From: Alphaproteobacteria bacterium
GTDB lineage: Bacteria > Pseudomonadota > Alphaproteobacteria > UBA8366 > GCA-2717185
DNA length: 48,111 bases
Direction of reading: 5' to 3'
Assembly: GCA_047517345.1 (NCBI GenBank)
Contig: JAKZTB010000167.1
Location: 1-48,111 of the forward strand
The translations under genes were made by a program, and so were the position numbers. A model generated the notes under the pieces. The model was not told the origin of the DNA, did not search any database, and saw nothing but the letters and a program-made list of their open reading frames with translations. The stretch's first letter is position 1, and each line of letters begins with the position of its first letter. Positions 1 to 9,717 of this stretch are shown here, in pieces.

Positions 1-822
1 CTGCGCGCGGCATTGCAAGGGTGCCGGTCGCTTTACCATGTCGCGGCCGACTACCGCCTGTGGGCGCCGCAGCCGGACGCGATGTACGAGGCCAATGTCG
101 ACGGCACATGCAACTTGATCCGCGCGGCGACCGCCGCCGGCGTCTTCCGCATCGTCTACACCAGCAGCGTCGCCGTGCTCGGCCGCACCGCCGACGGCAG
201 CCCGGCGGACGAGAATACGCCGGTCACGGTCGAAGACATGATCGGGCACTACAAACGTTCCAAATACCTCGCGGAGGAAGCGGTCCGGCGTCTGGTCGTT
301 GAAGAATCGGCACCGGTTGTCATCGTCAATCCGTCGACCCCGATCGGGCCGCGCGACATCAAACCGACGCCGACCGGCCGCATGATCGTCGAAGCGGCGG
401 CCGGCCGCATGCCCGCCTATGTCGACACCGGATTGAACATCGTTCATGTCGACGATGTGGCAGACGGGCACCTGCTCGCCCACGACCGCGGCAAGATCGG
501 CGCGCGTTACCTACTCGGCGGCAAAGACATGACCCTCGCAGAAATCCTTTCCGCGATCGCCGAAATCGTCGGCCGTCCGCCGCCGCGGGTCAGACTGCCG
601 CACAATCTGATCCTGCCGCTCGCGGTATGCGCAGAAGCCTGGGCTCGGCTTTTCAAAACCGGCGAGCCGTTCGTCACCGTCGACGGTATCCGCATGGCGA
701 AGAAGCACATGTTTTTCAGCCCGGCGAAGGCGGAATCGGAATTGGGTTACACCTATCGTCCGGCGCAAGATGCGCTGCGCGATGCGGTTGCCTGGTTCCA
801 GGACAACGGGTATCTGGACTGA
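1..822 (+). CDS. hpnA: Hopanoid-associated sugar epimerase/NAD-dependent dehydratase HpnA (5' truncated by window edge)
   Basis: Extended SDR motifs YHVAADYRLW, YTSS, YxxxK (YKRSK), NPSTPIGPRDIKPTPTG. The frame is open back to base 1. Hopanoid cluster context. Confidence 0.9.
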   Translation: MRAALQGCRSLYHVAADYRLWAPQPDAMYEANVDGTCNLIRAATAAGVFRIVYTSSVAVLGRTADGSPADENTPVTVEDMIGHYKRSKYLAEEAVRRLVVEESAPVVIVNPSTPIGPRDIKPTPTGRMIVEAAAGRMPAYVDTGLNIVHVDDVADGHLLAHDRGKIGARYLLGGKDMTLAEILSAIAEIVGRPPPRVRLPHNLILPLAVCAEAWARLFKTGEPFVTVDGIRMAKKHMFFSPAKAESELGYTYRPAQDALRDAVAWFQDNGYLD

Positions 823-840
823 ATTGGCGGACGGCAAGGC

Positions 841-1824
841 ATGAAACGATCCATCGTCATCGGCGGCCTTGCAGGCCTCGCGCTATTTACCGCGTTGATC
901 GCCTGGTATGGCATCGCGGAAATCGCGGACGCTTTGCTCGCAATGGGCTGGACCGTCCTGCTAGTCGCTGTCTTCCGACTGGCCCTGCTCACCTTCGACC
1001 TGCTGTCCTGGCGCGTGTTGCTTGCCCGATATGCACGCCCGTCCTTCGCCCGGCTGTTCTGGATCCGATGGGTCGCAGATTCGGTGAACACCCTGTTGCC
1101 CGTGGCGCGTGTCGGCGGCGAGATCCTGCGGGCGCACATGCTGTATCGCCGCGGCGTCGACGCTGCCGCGGCCGGCGCGAGCGTCATGGTCGATGTGACC
1201 GCCGGGATATTCGCGCAATTGATTTTCTCGGTTGTCGGCGCAATCGCGTTCGTCGTTATCGTCGGCGGTGGCGCGAGCGCCGCCTTTAACCTTTCCGTCG
1301 GAATGGCACTGTTCGCTGTCGGTGTGGCCGTCTTATATGTGGTTCAGCGCTCGGGACTGTTTTCCAGGCTGGCCCGGTTCGCCGAAGGTGGGGTCGACGG
1401 TGCGACCTGGGAAAAACTGACCGGAGCCGCAATCGAATTCGACAGTGCGGTGGCCGCGCTTTACCGAAACAACCGACCGGTCGCGCTCTGCTGTGCCTGG
1501 CGCATCGTTGGTTGGGTCTCGGGAACGGCGGAGGTTTGGCTGATCCTCTATTTTCTCGGCCATCCGGTATCGCTCGGCGAAGCGTTCATTCTGGAAAGCC
1601 TCGGCCAGGCCGCGCGCAGCGCCGGGTTTATGGTTCCGGGCGGCATCGGTATCCAAGAAGGCGGGCTCGTGCTGGTCGGAAGCTACCTTGGATTGACGCC
1701 GGAACTGGCCTTAGCGCTATCGCTGGCGAAACGCGCACGTGAAATCTTGATCGGCCTGCCCTGCCTGATCTTGTGGCAGGCTGGCGAAGGCCGCGATCTT
1801 TGGCGCCGTCAGCGCGACTCGTGA
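841..1824 (+). CDS. HpnL-like membrane protein (lysylphosphatidylglycerol synthase TM/flippase-like family)
   Basis: Multi-TM protein with the VNTLLPVARVGGE and VPGGIGIQEGG motifs typical of the LPG-synthase-TM family. Directly downstream of hpnA. Confidence 0.75.
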   Translation: MKRSIVIGGLAGLALFTALIAWYGIAEIADALLAMGWTVLLVAVFRLALLTFDLLSWRVLLARYARPSFARLFWIRWVADSVNTLLPVARVGGEILRAHMLYRRGVDAAAAGASVMVDVTAGIFAQLIFSVVGAIAFVVIVGGGASAAFNLSVGMALFAVGVAVLYVVQRSGLFSRLARFAEGGVDGATWEKLTGAAIEFDSAVAALYRNNRPVALCCAWRIVGWVSGTAEVWLILYFLGHPVSLGEAFILESLGQAARSAGFMVPGGIGIQEGGLVLVGSYLGLTPELALALSLAKRAREILIGLPCLILWQAGEGRDLWRRQRDS

Positions 1825-1858
1825 TAGGGTCGCGACAATCGAGCCGAAGGGGCGACCG

Positions 1859-2458
1859 TTGAAAATACCGTTGTGGGATCAAAGGATCGCCAGCGATCTG
1901 GTCTGGCCGCTGGTCGATACGCCGGTCACGCCGAACCAGGTGACCACGGTCAGCCTGCTGCTTTCACTCGCGGGCGCGGCAATGTTTGCGACCGGCGGTC
2001 TTGCCGCCGCGAATTGGGGCGCCGGCCTGTTCATGCTGGGCCGCTTCCTCGATCATTTCGACGGCGAGTTGGCGCGGCAAAGCGGCAAGACCAGCCGCTT
2101 CGGGTACGTCTACGATTATGTCGCCGGCTGCCTGAGCTACAGCGCCCTGTTTCTCGCCTTGGGGATCGGGCTCCGGGACGGTCTTATCGGCGTCTGGTCG
2201 ATCGGCCTGGGCATGTTGACGGCGCCGATCATCCTGGCGACGACCTTGCTCGCCCTCAAGCTCTCCGACGACTCCGGCGGCGATGGCGACGATTATCCAA
2301 TCTTTGCGGGCTTCGAACTCGAAGATGGCATCTACCTTATCGGCCCGATCGTCTGGGCCGGGTGGATCGAACCATTCTTTCTTTGCGGTGCTGCGGGGGT
2401 CGTGCTTTTCGGGGCTTGGACGGGCAATCGTTACCTGCGCGATCGCCGGGGTCGATAG
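1859..2458 (+). CDS. CDP-alcohol phosphatidyltransferase family protein
   Basis: TPNQVT motif and DxxDGxxARxxxxxSxxGxxxD. The final Asp of the motif is Gly. The TTG start is uncertain. Confidence 0.8.
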   Translation: MKIPLWDQRIASDLVWPLVDTPVTPNQVTTVSLLLSLAGAAMFATGGLAAANWGAGLFMLGRFLDHFDGELARQSGKTSRFGYVYDYVAGCLSYSALFLALGIGLRDGLIGVWSIGLGMLTAPIILATTLLALKLSDDSGGDGDDYPIFAGFELEDGIYLIGPIVWAGWIEPFFLCGAAGVVLFGAWTGNRYLRDRRGR

Positions 2459-2592
2459 AGCCTGGTACGGGCTTGATGCCTCGCAAGAGCAACACAAGGA
2501 TATTTTGCAATTCGCCGATCTTGAGCGGTGAAAGTCGACGTGCTAGTTAGCGCGCTGACGACCGACGCCGAGAACGCGCGTCCGACGGAGCA

Positions 2593-3543
2593 ATGATGAT
2601 GGAAAAACCACCGCTTCAGGTCCTTCTCGCGAAACCCCGCGGTTTCTGCGCCGGCGTCGTGCGCGCCGTCGATATCGTCGATCGCGCGCTGAAGAAGTTC
2701 GAAGCGCCGGTCTATGTCCGGCACGAAATCGTCCATAACAAGACGGTCGTCGAAAACTTGAAAGAGAAGGGTGCGATTTTCGTCGAAGAGTTGGACGAAA
2801 TTCCCGACGGCGCCCTTACAATATTCAGCGCCCACGGCGTTTCCCGTGAGGTCGAAGACGGCGCGGAACAGCGTGGCCTGAGCGTTATCGACGCGACCTG
2901 TCCCCTGGTCAGCAAAGTCCATAATGAAGCACAGCGTTATTCGCGCAATGGATACGAGATCGTGCTAATCGGTCATCCCGGACATCCGGAAGTCGTCGGC
3001 ACAACGGGCCAGGTTCCGGGCAAGGTCCACCTGGTATCGACGCTGGAGGATGTAGGCGAGTTGGATCCGAAGGATCCGAAAATACTCGCCTATGTCACGC
3101 AGACGACTTTAAGTGTCGATGATACGCGCCACATTATCGAAGCGCTTCGCCAACGCTTTCCCGATATCGTCGGACCGGACGTGAAGGATATCTGTTATGC
3201 GACGCAAAACAGGCAAAGCGCGGTCCGCATGATGGTCGATCAGGCGGACGTCATCCTTGTCGTGGGCGCCCATTACAGTTCCAATTCCAACCGGCTGAGA
3301 GAGATCGGCGAAGAGGCCGGCGTATCGAGCTATCTCATACCGGACGCCGACGCACTCGACCCGGCCTGGCTGGAGGGCGCGCGGGTCGTCGGGGTGACCG
3401 CTGGTGCGTCGGCACCGGAAGAGTTGGTCCTCGGTCTGGTGGAACGGCTCGGCAAACTCTATGACGTCTCGGTGAAAAATTTTGAGGCGATCGAAGAAAA
3501 CGTGCAGTTTAAACTGCCCAAGGAACTGGCAGCTGTTGAATGA
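2593..3543 (+). CDS. ispH: 4-hydroxy-3-methylbut-2-enyl diphosphate reductase
   Basis: [52 protein letters not shown] motifs. Confidence 0.97.
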   Translation: MMMEKPPLQVLLAKPRGFCAGVVRAVDIVDRALKKFEAPVYVRHEIVHNKTVVENLKEKGAIFVEELDEIPDGALTIFSAHGVSREVEDGAEQRGLSVIDATCPLVSKVHNEAQRYSRNGYEIVLIGHPGHPEVVGTTGQVPGKVHLVSTLEDVGELDPKDPKILAYVTQTTLSVDDTRHIIEALRQRFPDIVGPDVKDICYATQNRQSAVRMMVDQADVILVVGAHYSSNSNRLREIGEEAGVSSYLIPDADALDPAWLEGARVVGVTAGASAPEELVLGLVERLGKLYDVSVKNFEAIEENVQFKLPKELAAVE

Positions 3544-3591
3544 ACCGGAATTTCCGTTCCAGAAAATTTTTTGGGAAGTGGATGTGAAAGC

Positions 3592-4734
3592 GTGGCGGTA
3601 CCATTAATCCAACAACTTCGGGTCGGCGCCTATGTGATCAAGCAGCGGTTGCGTGGCATCGAGCGGTATCCGCTGGTACTGATGCTGGAACCGTTGTTCC
3701 GGTGCAATCTCGCCTGCCCCGGTTGCGGCAAGATCGACTATCCGGACGAAATTCTGAACCGCTGGCTTTCCGTCGAAGAATGCATCGCTGCGGTGGAAGA
3801 ATGCGGCGCCCCAGTCGTTTCGATTCCTGGTGGGGAGCCGCTCATCCATCGCGAGATCGGTGACATTGTCGATGCGCTCGTCGCGCGCAAGAAATTCGTC
3901 TACCTCTGCACCAACGCGTTGCTTTTGGAAAAGAAACTGCACCTTTTCAAGCCGACGCCCTACCTGACATTCTCGATCCATCTGGACGGGTTACAGGAAG
4001 AACACGACTGCGCCGTCGACCAGAAGGGCGTCTTCGAGATCGCGACACGGGCCATTCGCAAGGTGCGCGCGGCCGGCTTCCGCGTCAACGTCAACAGCAC
4101 CCTGTTCGACAATGCCGAAGCGGGGCGCACAGCTGCCTTTTTCGACCACTGCATGTCGCTGGGTATCGAAGGCATCACGGTTTCGCCCGGCTATGCCTAT
4201 GAGCGCGCGCCGGACCAGACGCATTTCCTGTCCCGACAGAAAACCAAACAGCTTTTCCGCGACATCTTCCGGTTGGGCCGGGGTAAGAATTGGCGTTTCA
4301 GCCAATCTTCCTTATTCCTCGATTTTCTGGCCGGCAACCAAGAATACCATTGCACCCCGTGGGGAAACCCGACCCGCAACGTGTTCGGCTGGCAGCGGCC
4401 CTGCTACCTGTTGGGCGAGGGTTATGCGCCAAGCTTCCGGGCGCTGATGACCGACACCGATTGGGACAGCTACGGTACCGGGAAATACGAAAAATGCGCC
4501 GAATGCATGGTTCATTGCGGCTACGAGGCGACCGCCGTCACCGATACCATCGCGCACCCGCTGAAAGCGCTAAAGGTTTTCTTCAAAGGGCCGGAACTCG
4601 ACGGCCCGATGGCGCCGGAGATCCCCTTGGAAAACCATCGGCCGGCCGAATATCTCTTCGATTCTCATGTCGAGAAAACCTTGAACGAGTTGCACGCGGA
4701 AGCAGAGCAACGCAAACGCAGCGACGCCGCCTAA
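3592..4734 (+). CDS. hpnH: Adenosyl-hopene transferase, radical SAM
   Basis: LMLEPLFRCNLACPGCG (CxxxCxxC), SPGYAYERAPDQ, C-terminal CxxCMVHCGYE. GTG start at 3592 preferred over the ORF-track start at 3571. Confidence 0.95.
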   Translation: MAVPLIQQLRVGAYVIKQRLRGIERYPLVLMLEPLFRCNLACPGCGKIDYPDEILNRWLSVEECIAAVEECGAPVVSIPGGEPLIHREIGDIVDALVARKKFVYLCTNALLLEKKLHLFKPTPYLTFSIHLDGLQEEHDCAVDQKGVFEIATRAIRKVRAAGFRVNVNSTLFDNAEAGRTAAFFDHCMSLGIEGITVSPGYAYERAPDQTHFLSRQKTKQLFRDIFRLGRGKNWRFSQSSLFLDFLAGNQEYHCTPWGNPTRNVFGWQRPCYLLGEGYAPSFRALMTDTDWDSYGTGKYEKCAECMVHCGYEATAVTDTIAHPLKALKVFFKGPELDGPMAPEIPLENHRPAEYLFDSHVEKTLNELHAEAEQRKRSDAA

Positions 4735-5426
4735 CCGACCGGGTTTTGCAGAATTTCCGATGCGACGGCGGCGAGGCTCCGCAGGGCTTCGTTGCTGTCG
4801 CGCGCAATGCGGATCAAAGCCGGCAGTTGCAATGGATGTTTAAGCAACTCGCCAAGGACAGCGAACGGTCTTCGGGAACCATCACTTGCAAGTCCGGCGA
4901 GCGCCGCAGCGGGAATTGCCCGTTCCGCCGGATCGGCAATCGCCCGGATCACTGTAAACGGCACTTCGAATTCCGACGCGGCGCGCGCCACGCCATGGCT
5001 TTCCAAATCGACTGCGATGGCGTCGCTTTGGTTGCGTAAAGCGGCCTTGTCTAGCACCTTGGATACCGCAAAATCGGTCCCCGCAACCGGGCCTTCGATG
5101 ACACGGCGCGCAGAGCCAATCGAAGCGGCAAGCGATGCACGCCGCACCGCGCACGTCCGCACGCTCTCGCCATTGGGCAGGACGACGGCTTCGGCAATCA
5201 CGATGTCGCCCGTGCGGAGAACCGGGTCGAGACCGCCGGCAATCCCGAAGCTGATAAGCCCGGCAACACCCGCATTCGCAAATTCACGCGCCGCGGCTTC
5301 CGCCTCGCGCGCGTTGCCGCCAACGGCCACGAACAAGGGCCGGGATCGTTCTGGTTGAGTTTGCGCCGCCGCGGACAAGATATCCGCTTCGACTTTCATG
5401 CCGGTGATGATACCGAGTCGGTTCAC
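4731..5426 (-). CDS. hpnG: Hopanoid-associated phosphorylase/nucleosidase
   Basis: PNP/UDP fold motifs LISFGIAGGLDP, AVDLES, VIRAIADP. The GTG start at 5426 overlaps the shc stop (GTGA). Confidence 0.85.
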   Translation of the reverse strand: MNRLGIITGMKVEADILSAAAQTQPERSRPLFVAVGGNAREAEAAAREFANAGVAGLISFGIAGGLDPVLRTGDIVIAEAVVLPNGESVRTCAVRRASLAASIGSARRVIEGPVAGTDFAVSKVLDKAALRNQSDAIAVDLESHGVARAASEFEVPFTVIRAIADPAERAIPAAALAGLASDGSRRPFAVLGELLKHPLQLPALIRIARDSNEALRSLAAVASEILQNPVG

Positions 5427-7429
5427 ATTCCGTGCGCAACCGTGGCCGCGTTCGCTGTACGCAACCGCCGGTAACGGGCGAGCGCCCATAGCGGAAAATA
5501 TACGCTGTAGCCGTGGTATCGAAGGTAGAACACACGGGGAAATCCGACCGCAGTGTGCCAAGGCTCGTGCCACTGCCCACCTTCGCGTTGTGCGTTCAGC
5601 AGAAACTCGACACCGCGGCGCACCGCATCGCTATCCACGTCTCCCGCCGCCATCAGCCCAAGGACGGCCCACGCCGTCTGCGAGGCGGTACTGGCTTTCA
5701 CGCTGTCCTTGGTTTTCGACCAATAGGAGGCACCGTCTTCTCCCCAACCGCCGTCGGAACGCTGACGGCTTTCGAGCCAGGCGACCGCCTTGCGAATATA
5801 CGGCGACGCCATGTCCTCGCCAGCGGCATTGAAGGCGCAAAGCACCGACCAGGTTCCGTAGATATAATTGGTGCCCCAACGGCCGAACCATGAACCGTCC
5901 GGCTGCTGCGTCTCCCGCAGATAGGCCAAACCGCGATCGATCGCATCCTTGCCTGATTCGTGATCGAGCTGGGCCAGCATGCTGACGCAACGCGCCGTAA
6001 CGTCCTCGGTCGGAGGGTCGAGCAACGCGCCATGATCGGCGAACGGAATATGATTCAAATAATTTTGCGTATTCTCCGCGTCGAACGATCCCCAGCCCCC
6101 AGCCTTGCTTTGCATGCCGACGACCCATTCGATCGCGCGGTCGAGTCCTTCTTTGAACTTCGGATCGCCGGATCGATCGAGCGCCATTGCGACGACGGCG
6201 GAATCGTCCACATCGGGATAATGATCGTTCGTATACTCGAATGCCCAGCCACCGGGCCGCAGACCGGGACGGTAGGCCGCCCAATCGCCCGCCACATCGA
6301 GAATCTGGCGATCGGCCATCCATTGCATCGCCTTTCCGACCGAGCCGCTTTCCCGAGGTTCGCCGGCTTCCATCATCGCCTGAACGGCCAGCCCGGTGTC
6401 CCAGACGGGCGAAAGACAAGGCTGGCAATAGCCCCGCTCTTCTTCCAAGACCAACAACTTGCGGATTGCCGCCTTCGCGGTGAGCAGGTCAGGATGGTCC
6501 TTTGAGTATCCCAATCGGTCGAAGGCCATGACCGTGTTCGCCATGGCAGGAAAGATACCACCCAACCCATCGTCGCCGTTCAACCGGTCGCAGATGAAAT
6601 CGGTCGCGGCTTTGATGCTGCGCTGCCGCCGGTTCTTGGGGAATTGGCGTTCGATCACGCGCAAAACCTTATCGAACCCGATCAGCAAGTCACCCCAGGG
6701 CGAGCCCGTCGGATTGTGCATGTAGGACCGGACTTCGTTCGCCGGCGTCAAGAACAACTCGTCGATATGGACGCCGCGCGGATTGCGCGCCCGCGGTTTT
6801 AGCGCCATCAGGATCAATAGCGGCGCGATAACCGTCCGCGACCAATAGGACACCTTCGAAAGGTGAAAGGGAAACCAGCGCGGCAGCAGCATGATCTCGA
6901 TCGGCATGACCGGTACGGCGCGCCAGGGAAGCTGGTCGAACAGCGCTAAGGTGATCCGCGTGAATACGTTGCATACGGCCGCACCGCCATGCGCGAGAAT
7001 TGCATCGCGTGCGCGCATCATATGTGGCTCATCAGGCGTATCGCCGACCAACTTCAGCGCGTAATACGCCTTGACGCTGGCGCTAATATTGAATTCGCCG
7101 CCGAAGAACAACGGCCAACCGCCATGGTCGGATTGTTTTTCGCGTAGATAGACGCCGAGTTTTTTCTCTACCTCGTCGTCGATCTCATCGAGAAAATGTT
7201 CTAGAAGAACGTATTCGGCTGGAATGGTCGCATCGGCTTCTAGTTCGAAAACCCAATGCCCGTCATCCTCCTGGCGCGACCGCAGCGAATCCCTAACGTC
7301 TTCAACGACACGATCGACCGTTGCAAGGAACGCGTCCTCTTCGCTATGTGCCCCGCCACCGACGAGTCCTTGCGTGTCCCCGGCTTGCCTCGCTGCGTTC
7401 ATGTGCCCCGCGCGATCATTTTGTCGCAT
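5423..7429 (-). CDS. shc: Squalene-hopene cyclase
   Basis: DxDD motif (HYPDVDDSA), ELEADATIPAEY, QW-type repeats (QQPDGSWFGRWG, QRSDGGWGE), GFPRVFYLRY. The start may instead be ATG 7402. Confidence 0.97.
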   Translation of the reverse strand: MRQNDRAGHMNAARQAGDTQGLVGGGAHSEEDAFLATVDRVVEDVRDSLRSRQEDDGHWVFELEADATIPAEYVLLEHFLDEIDDEVEKKLGVYLREKQSDHGGWPLFFGGEFNISASVKAYYALKLVGDTPDEPHMMRARDAILAHGGAAVCNVFTRITLALFDQLPWRAVPVMPIEIMLLPRWFPFHLSKVSYWSRTVIAPLLILMALKPRARNPRGVHIDELFLTPANEVRSYMHNPTGSPWGDLLIGFDKVLRVIERQFPKNRRQRSIKAATDFICDRLNGDDGLGGIFPAMANTVMAFDRLGYSKDHPDLLTAKAAIRKLLVLEEERGYCQPCLSPVWDTGLAVQAMMEAGEPRESGSVGKAMQWMADRQILDVAGDWAAYRPGLRPGGWAFEYTNDHYPDVDDSAVVAMALDRSGDPKFKEGLDRAIEWVVGMQSKAGGWGSFDAENTQNYLNHIPFADHGALLDPPTEDVTARCVSMLAQLDHESGKDAIDRGLAYLRETQQPDGSWFGRWGTNYIYGTWSVLCAFNAAGEDMASPYIRKAVAWLESRQRSDGGWGEDGASYWSKTKDSVKASTASQTAWAVLGLMAAGDVDSDAVRRGVEFLLNAQREGGQWHEPWHTAVGFPRVFYLRYHGYSVYFPLWALARYRRLRTANAATVAHGM

Positions 7430-7526
7430 GTTTCAATTCGAAGACCCCCCGCTACATGCGTCATCGATTTCCGTATGTCAATGACCGTTCATGCGAAAGT
7501 GAGACGGGGTGGTTCACGATCGGATT

Positions 7527-8780
7527 TTACACTATCGACATGATCGCCGCGGCGGCTTTTTGCCCCGACCGGATTGCGCTTTCTATCGTTGCGGGCAACC
7601 CGGTGTCGGTCCAGTCACCGGCGAGAAACAGGTTCCCATACTCTGTTTCGGAACCGGGCCGGAGGCGCATGGCGCTTGGCGACTGCGAGAACGTTGCACG
7701 GCGTTCCTTTACCACTCGATACGGAGGCATTTCCTCCGACAGGTCCAAGGCCTTCGCCACGTCGCGCCAGACGCGCGCGGCAATTTCCGGCGCCGGATTT
7801 TCCGCCAATGCATCCGCTGCGCTTACCGTAACCGAAACAACAGCCCCCCGAATGAACAGCCATTCCGCAACGCCGCCCAATACACCAAGAATCGGGGTCT
7901 TCCGCGTATCGGGTGGCGGCGCGGCAATTTTGAAATGAATATTGACGATCGCATGGCTACCCGTTGGGACCGGAAAATCGGGCAGTACCGATTGCAAACC
8001 AGCAGGGGGCATTGCGAACAGGATCGGGTCGGCGGCGGCAACGTCTATTGTGCCGTCGACGAATTCCAACCGCGCGACACGGCCGTCCGATATCGCCGCG
8101 CCTTTGAGGCGCATATTGAAACGGATACCGGCGCCGCGCGACTGCAGGAAGGAGAGCGCAGGCGCAACGAAGCTGTTCGAAAGCCCATCGCGCGCCATCA
8201 GGGGCCGGCAGGCACCGGCACCCCGACCGAATGTTTCCCGGAAGACCGTCCACAACGGTTTGGCCGCGGCCTGATCCATCGGCGTGTTCAAAGCGGCAAT
8301 CGCCAACGGTTCGATGAACCGGGTGAAAAGGGCGCCTGTTCCCTTGAATAGATCGCCAACGGTCGCATCCTGACCGGCCCGAGAAAGCTTGAGGACGGAC
8401 AGAAAATCGACGGCGCGCGTTCCCGGCGGGCGGCGGTTCGGCAGTAATATCCACCATGGGATCGGCCCCGCATTGAGGCGCACCGACCAGCGTTCGCCGG
8501 ATTTCAAATCGACGAAGGAAAAGACGGCACCATCGGGCCCCACAAGCGTATTCCCGGCGCCAATCTCGGACAAATAAGCGAGTGCCGATCTGTTGCCGCT
8601 CAACAGAAGGTGATTGCCGTTGTCGATCGTGCAGCCCAGGACGCTGTCGTGGAAAGACCGGCAACGGCCCCCGGCGTGGCCGCTCGCTTCGTAGAGGACC
8701 ACACGATATCCGGCGCCAGCGAGGCGAACGCCTGCAGCGAGTCCGGCCAAACCGGAGCCGACGATGTGAACACGGTTCAC
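7527..8780 (-). CDS. hpnE: Hydroxysqualene dehydroxylase (FAD-dependent)
   Basis: VHIVGSGLAGL dinucleotide-binding motif, GGRCRSF, DNGNHLLL, LAGDWTDTGLPATIESA. The GTG start at 8780 overlaps the hpnD stop. Confidence 0.92.
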   Translation of the reverse strand: MNRVHIVGSGLAGLAAGVRLAGAGYRVVLYEASGHAGGRCRSFHDSVLGCTIDNGNHLLLSGNRSALAYLSEIGAGNTLVGPDGAVFSFVDLKSGERWSVRLNAGPIPWWILLPNRRPPGTRAVDFLSVLKLSRAGQDATVGDLFKGTGALFTRFIEPLAIAALNTPMDQAAAKPLWTVFRETFGRGAGACRPLMARDGLSNSFVAPALSFLQSRGAGIRFNMRLKGAAISDGRVARLEFVDGTIDVAAADPILFAMPPAGLQSVLPDFPVPTGSHAIVNIHFKIAAPPPDTRKTPILGVLGGVAEWLFIRGAVVSVTVSAADALAENPAPEIAARVWRDVAKALDLSEEMPPYRVVKERRATFSQSPSAMRLRPGSETEYGNLFLAGDWTDTGLPATIESAIRSGQKAAAAIMSIV

Positions 8781-9679
8781 GAGAACAGGCTGTGACGCAG
8801 CGCGATCCACATTTTCTCGGCACGCGAGATTCGAACCGGTTGCGCAAGACAGTCCCAGCCACGCGCTTCGAGGCCGGCAAGCGTGCGCTGGTAGACCGCT
8901 TTCATCAGGATCGCCGGGCGCATTTTGCGGCGATCCAACCGTGGCAGAATCGCGTCGGTTTCCGCAAAGGCCTGCTTCGCGAGAATGGCCAATTCGGCGC
9001 AAACGAATGCCAGAGCCGGATCGACGAGCAAAGCGCCAGGTTCCATTGCGGAGACGTTATGCTTGTCGAGTAATTCCCGTGGGAGGTAGAGGCGCCCAAT
9101 CTGCGCGTCCTCGTACACGTCGCGCAGGATGTTCGTAAGCTGCAACGCATTGCCAAGGCTGACGGCGAGATCCGGTGCGGGTGGTCGGGTTTCGCCGAAC
9201 GCATGAATCGAAAGCATGCCGACCGCGCCTGCGACCCTGCGGCAATACAGCATCAACTCGTCCAAGGTCGGACCCCAGATCGGGCCGCGCGCATCCATTT
9301 CCATACCGTCGACGATTTCGAGGAACTCCGACTTCGGCAAATCGAAAGCCCGGATCGGACCGAGCAGCGCGCGGGTCGTCAGCCGTGTCGGTCGACCTTC
9401 ATACAGGCGCTCGATCTCAGCCCGCCATTCCGCAAGTTGCACAAGCTTGTCCAATTCGTCGCTTGGCTCGTCCGCCACGTCGTCGACTTCCCGGCAGAAC
9501 GCGTAGATCGCATACATCGCATCGCGGCCGGCCTTCGGCATGACCCGCATGCCGAGCCGGAAGGACGAGCCGGATCGTGCGACGACCTCTTGGACATGCC
9601 GTTGCGGGTCGACTGCAGCGTCGATGTCCGCGGCGACGCGGATTTCGTGTTCGTCTGTGGTTGTCTGTTGTTCGGTCAA
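8777..9679 (-). CDS. hpnD: Presqualene diphosphate synthase
   Basis: SGSSF, YAFCREVDDVAD, YCRRVAGAVG, LQLTNILRDVYED motifs of the squalene/phytoene synthase family. Confidence 0.92.
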   Translation of the reverse strand: MTEQQTTTDEHEIRVAADIDAAVDPQRHVQEVVARSGSSFRLGMRVMPKAGRDAMYAIYAFCREVDDVADEPSDELDKLVQLAEWRAEIERLYEGRPTRLTTRALLGPIRAFDLPKSEFLEIVDGMEMDARGPIWGPTLDELMLYCRRVAGAVGMLSIHAFGETRPPAPDLAVSLGNALQLTNILRDVYEDAQIGRLYLPRELLDKHNVSAMEPGALLVDPALAFVCAELAILAKQAFAETDAILPRLDRRKMRPAILMKAVYQRTLAGLEARGWDCLAQPVRISRAEKMWIALRHSLFS

Positions 9680-9717
9680 GTAACGCTCGCAGCCGAATCG
9701 GACGGCCCCCGTGTATA

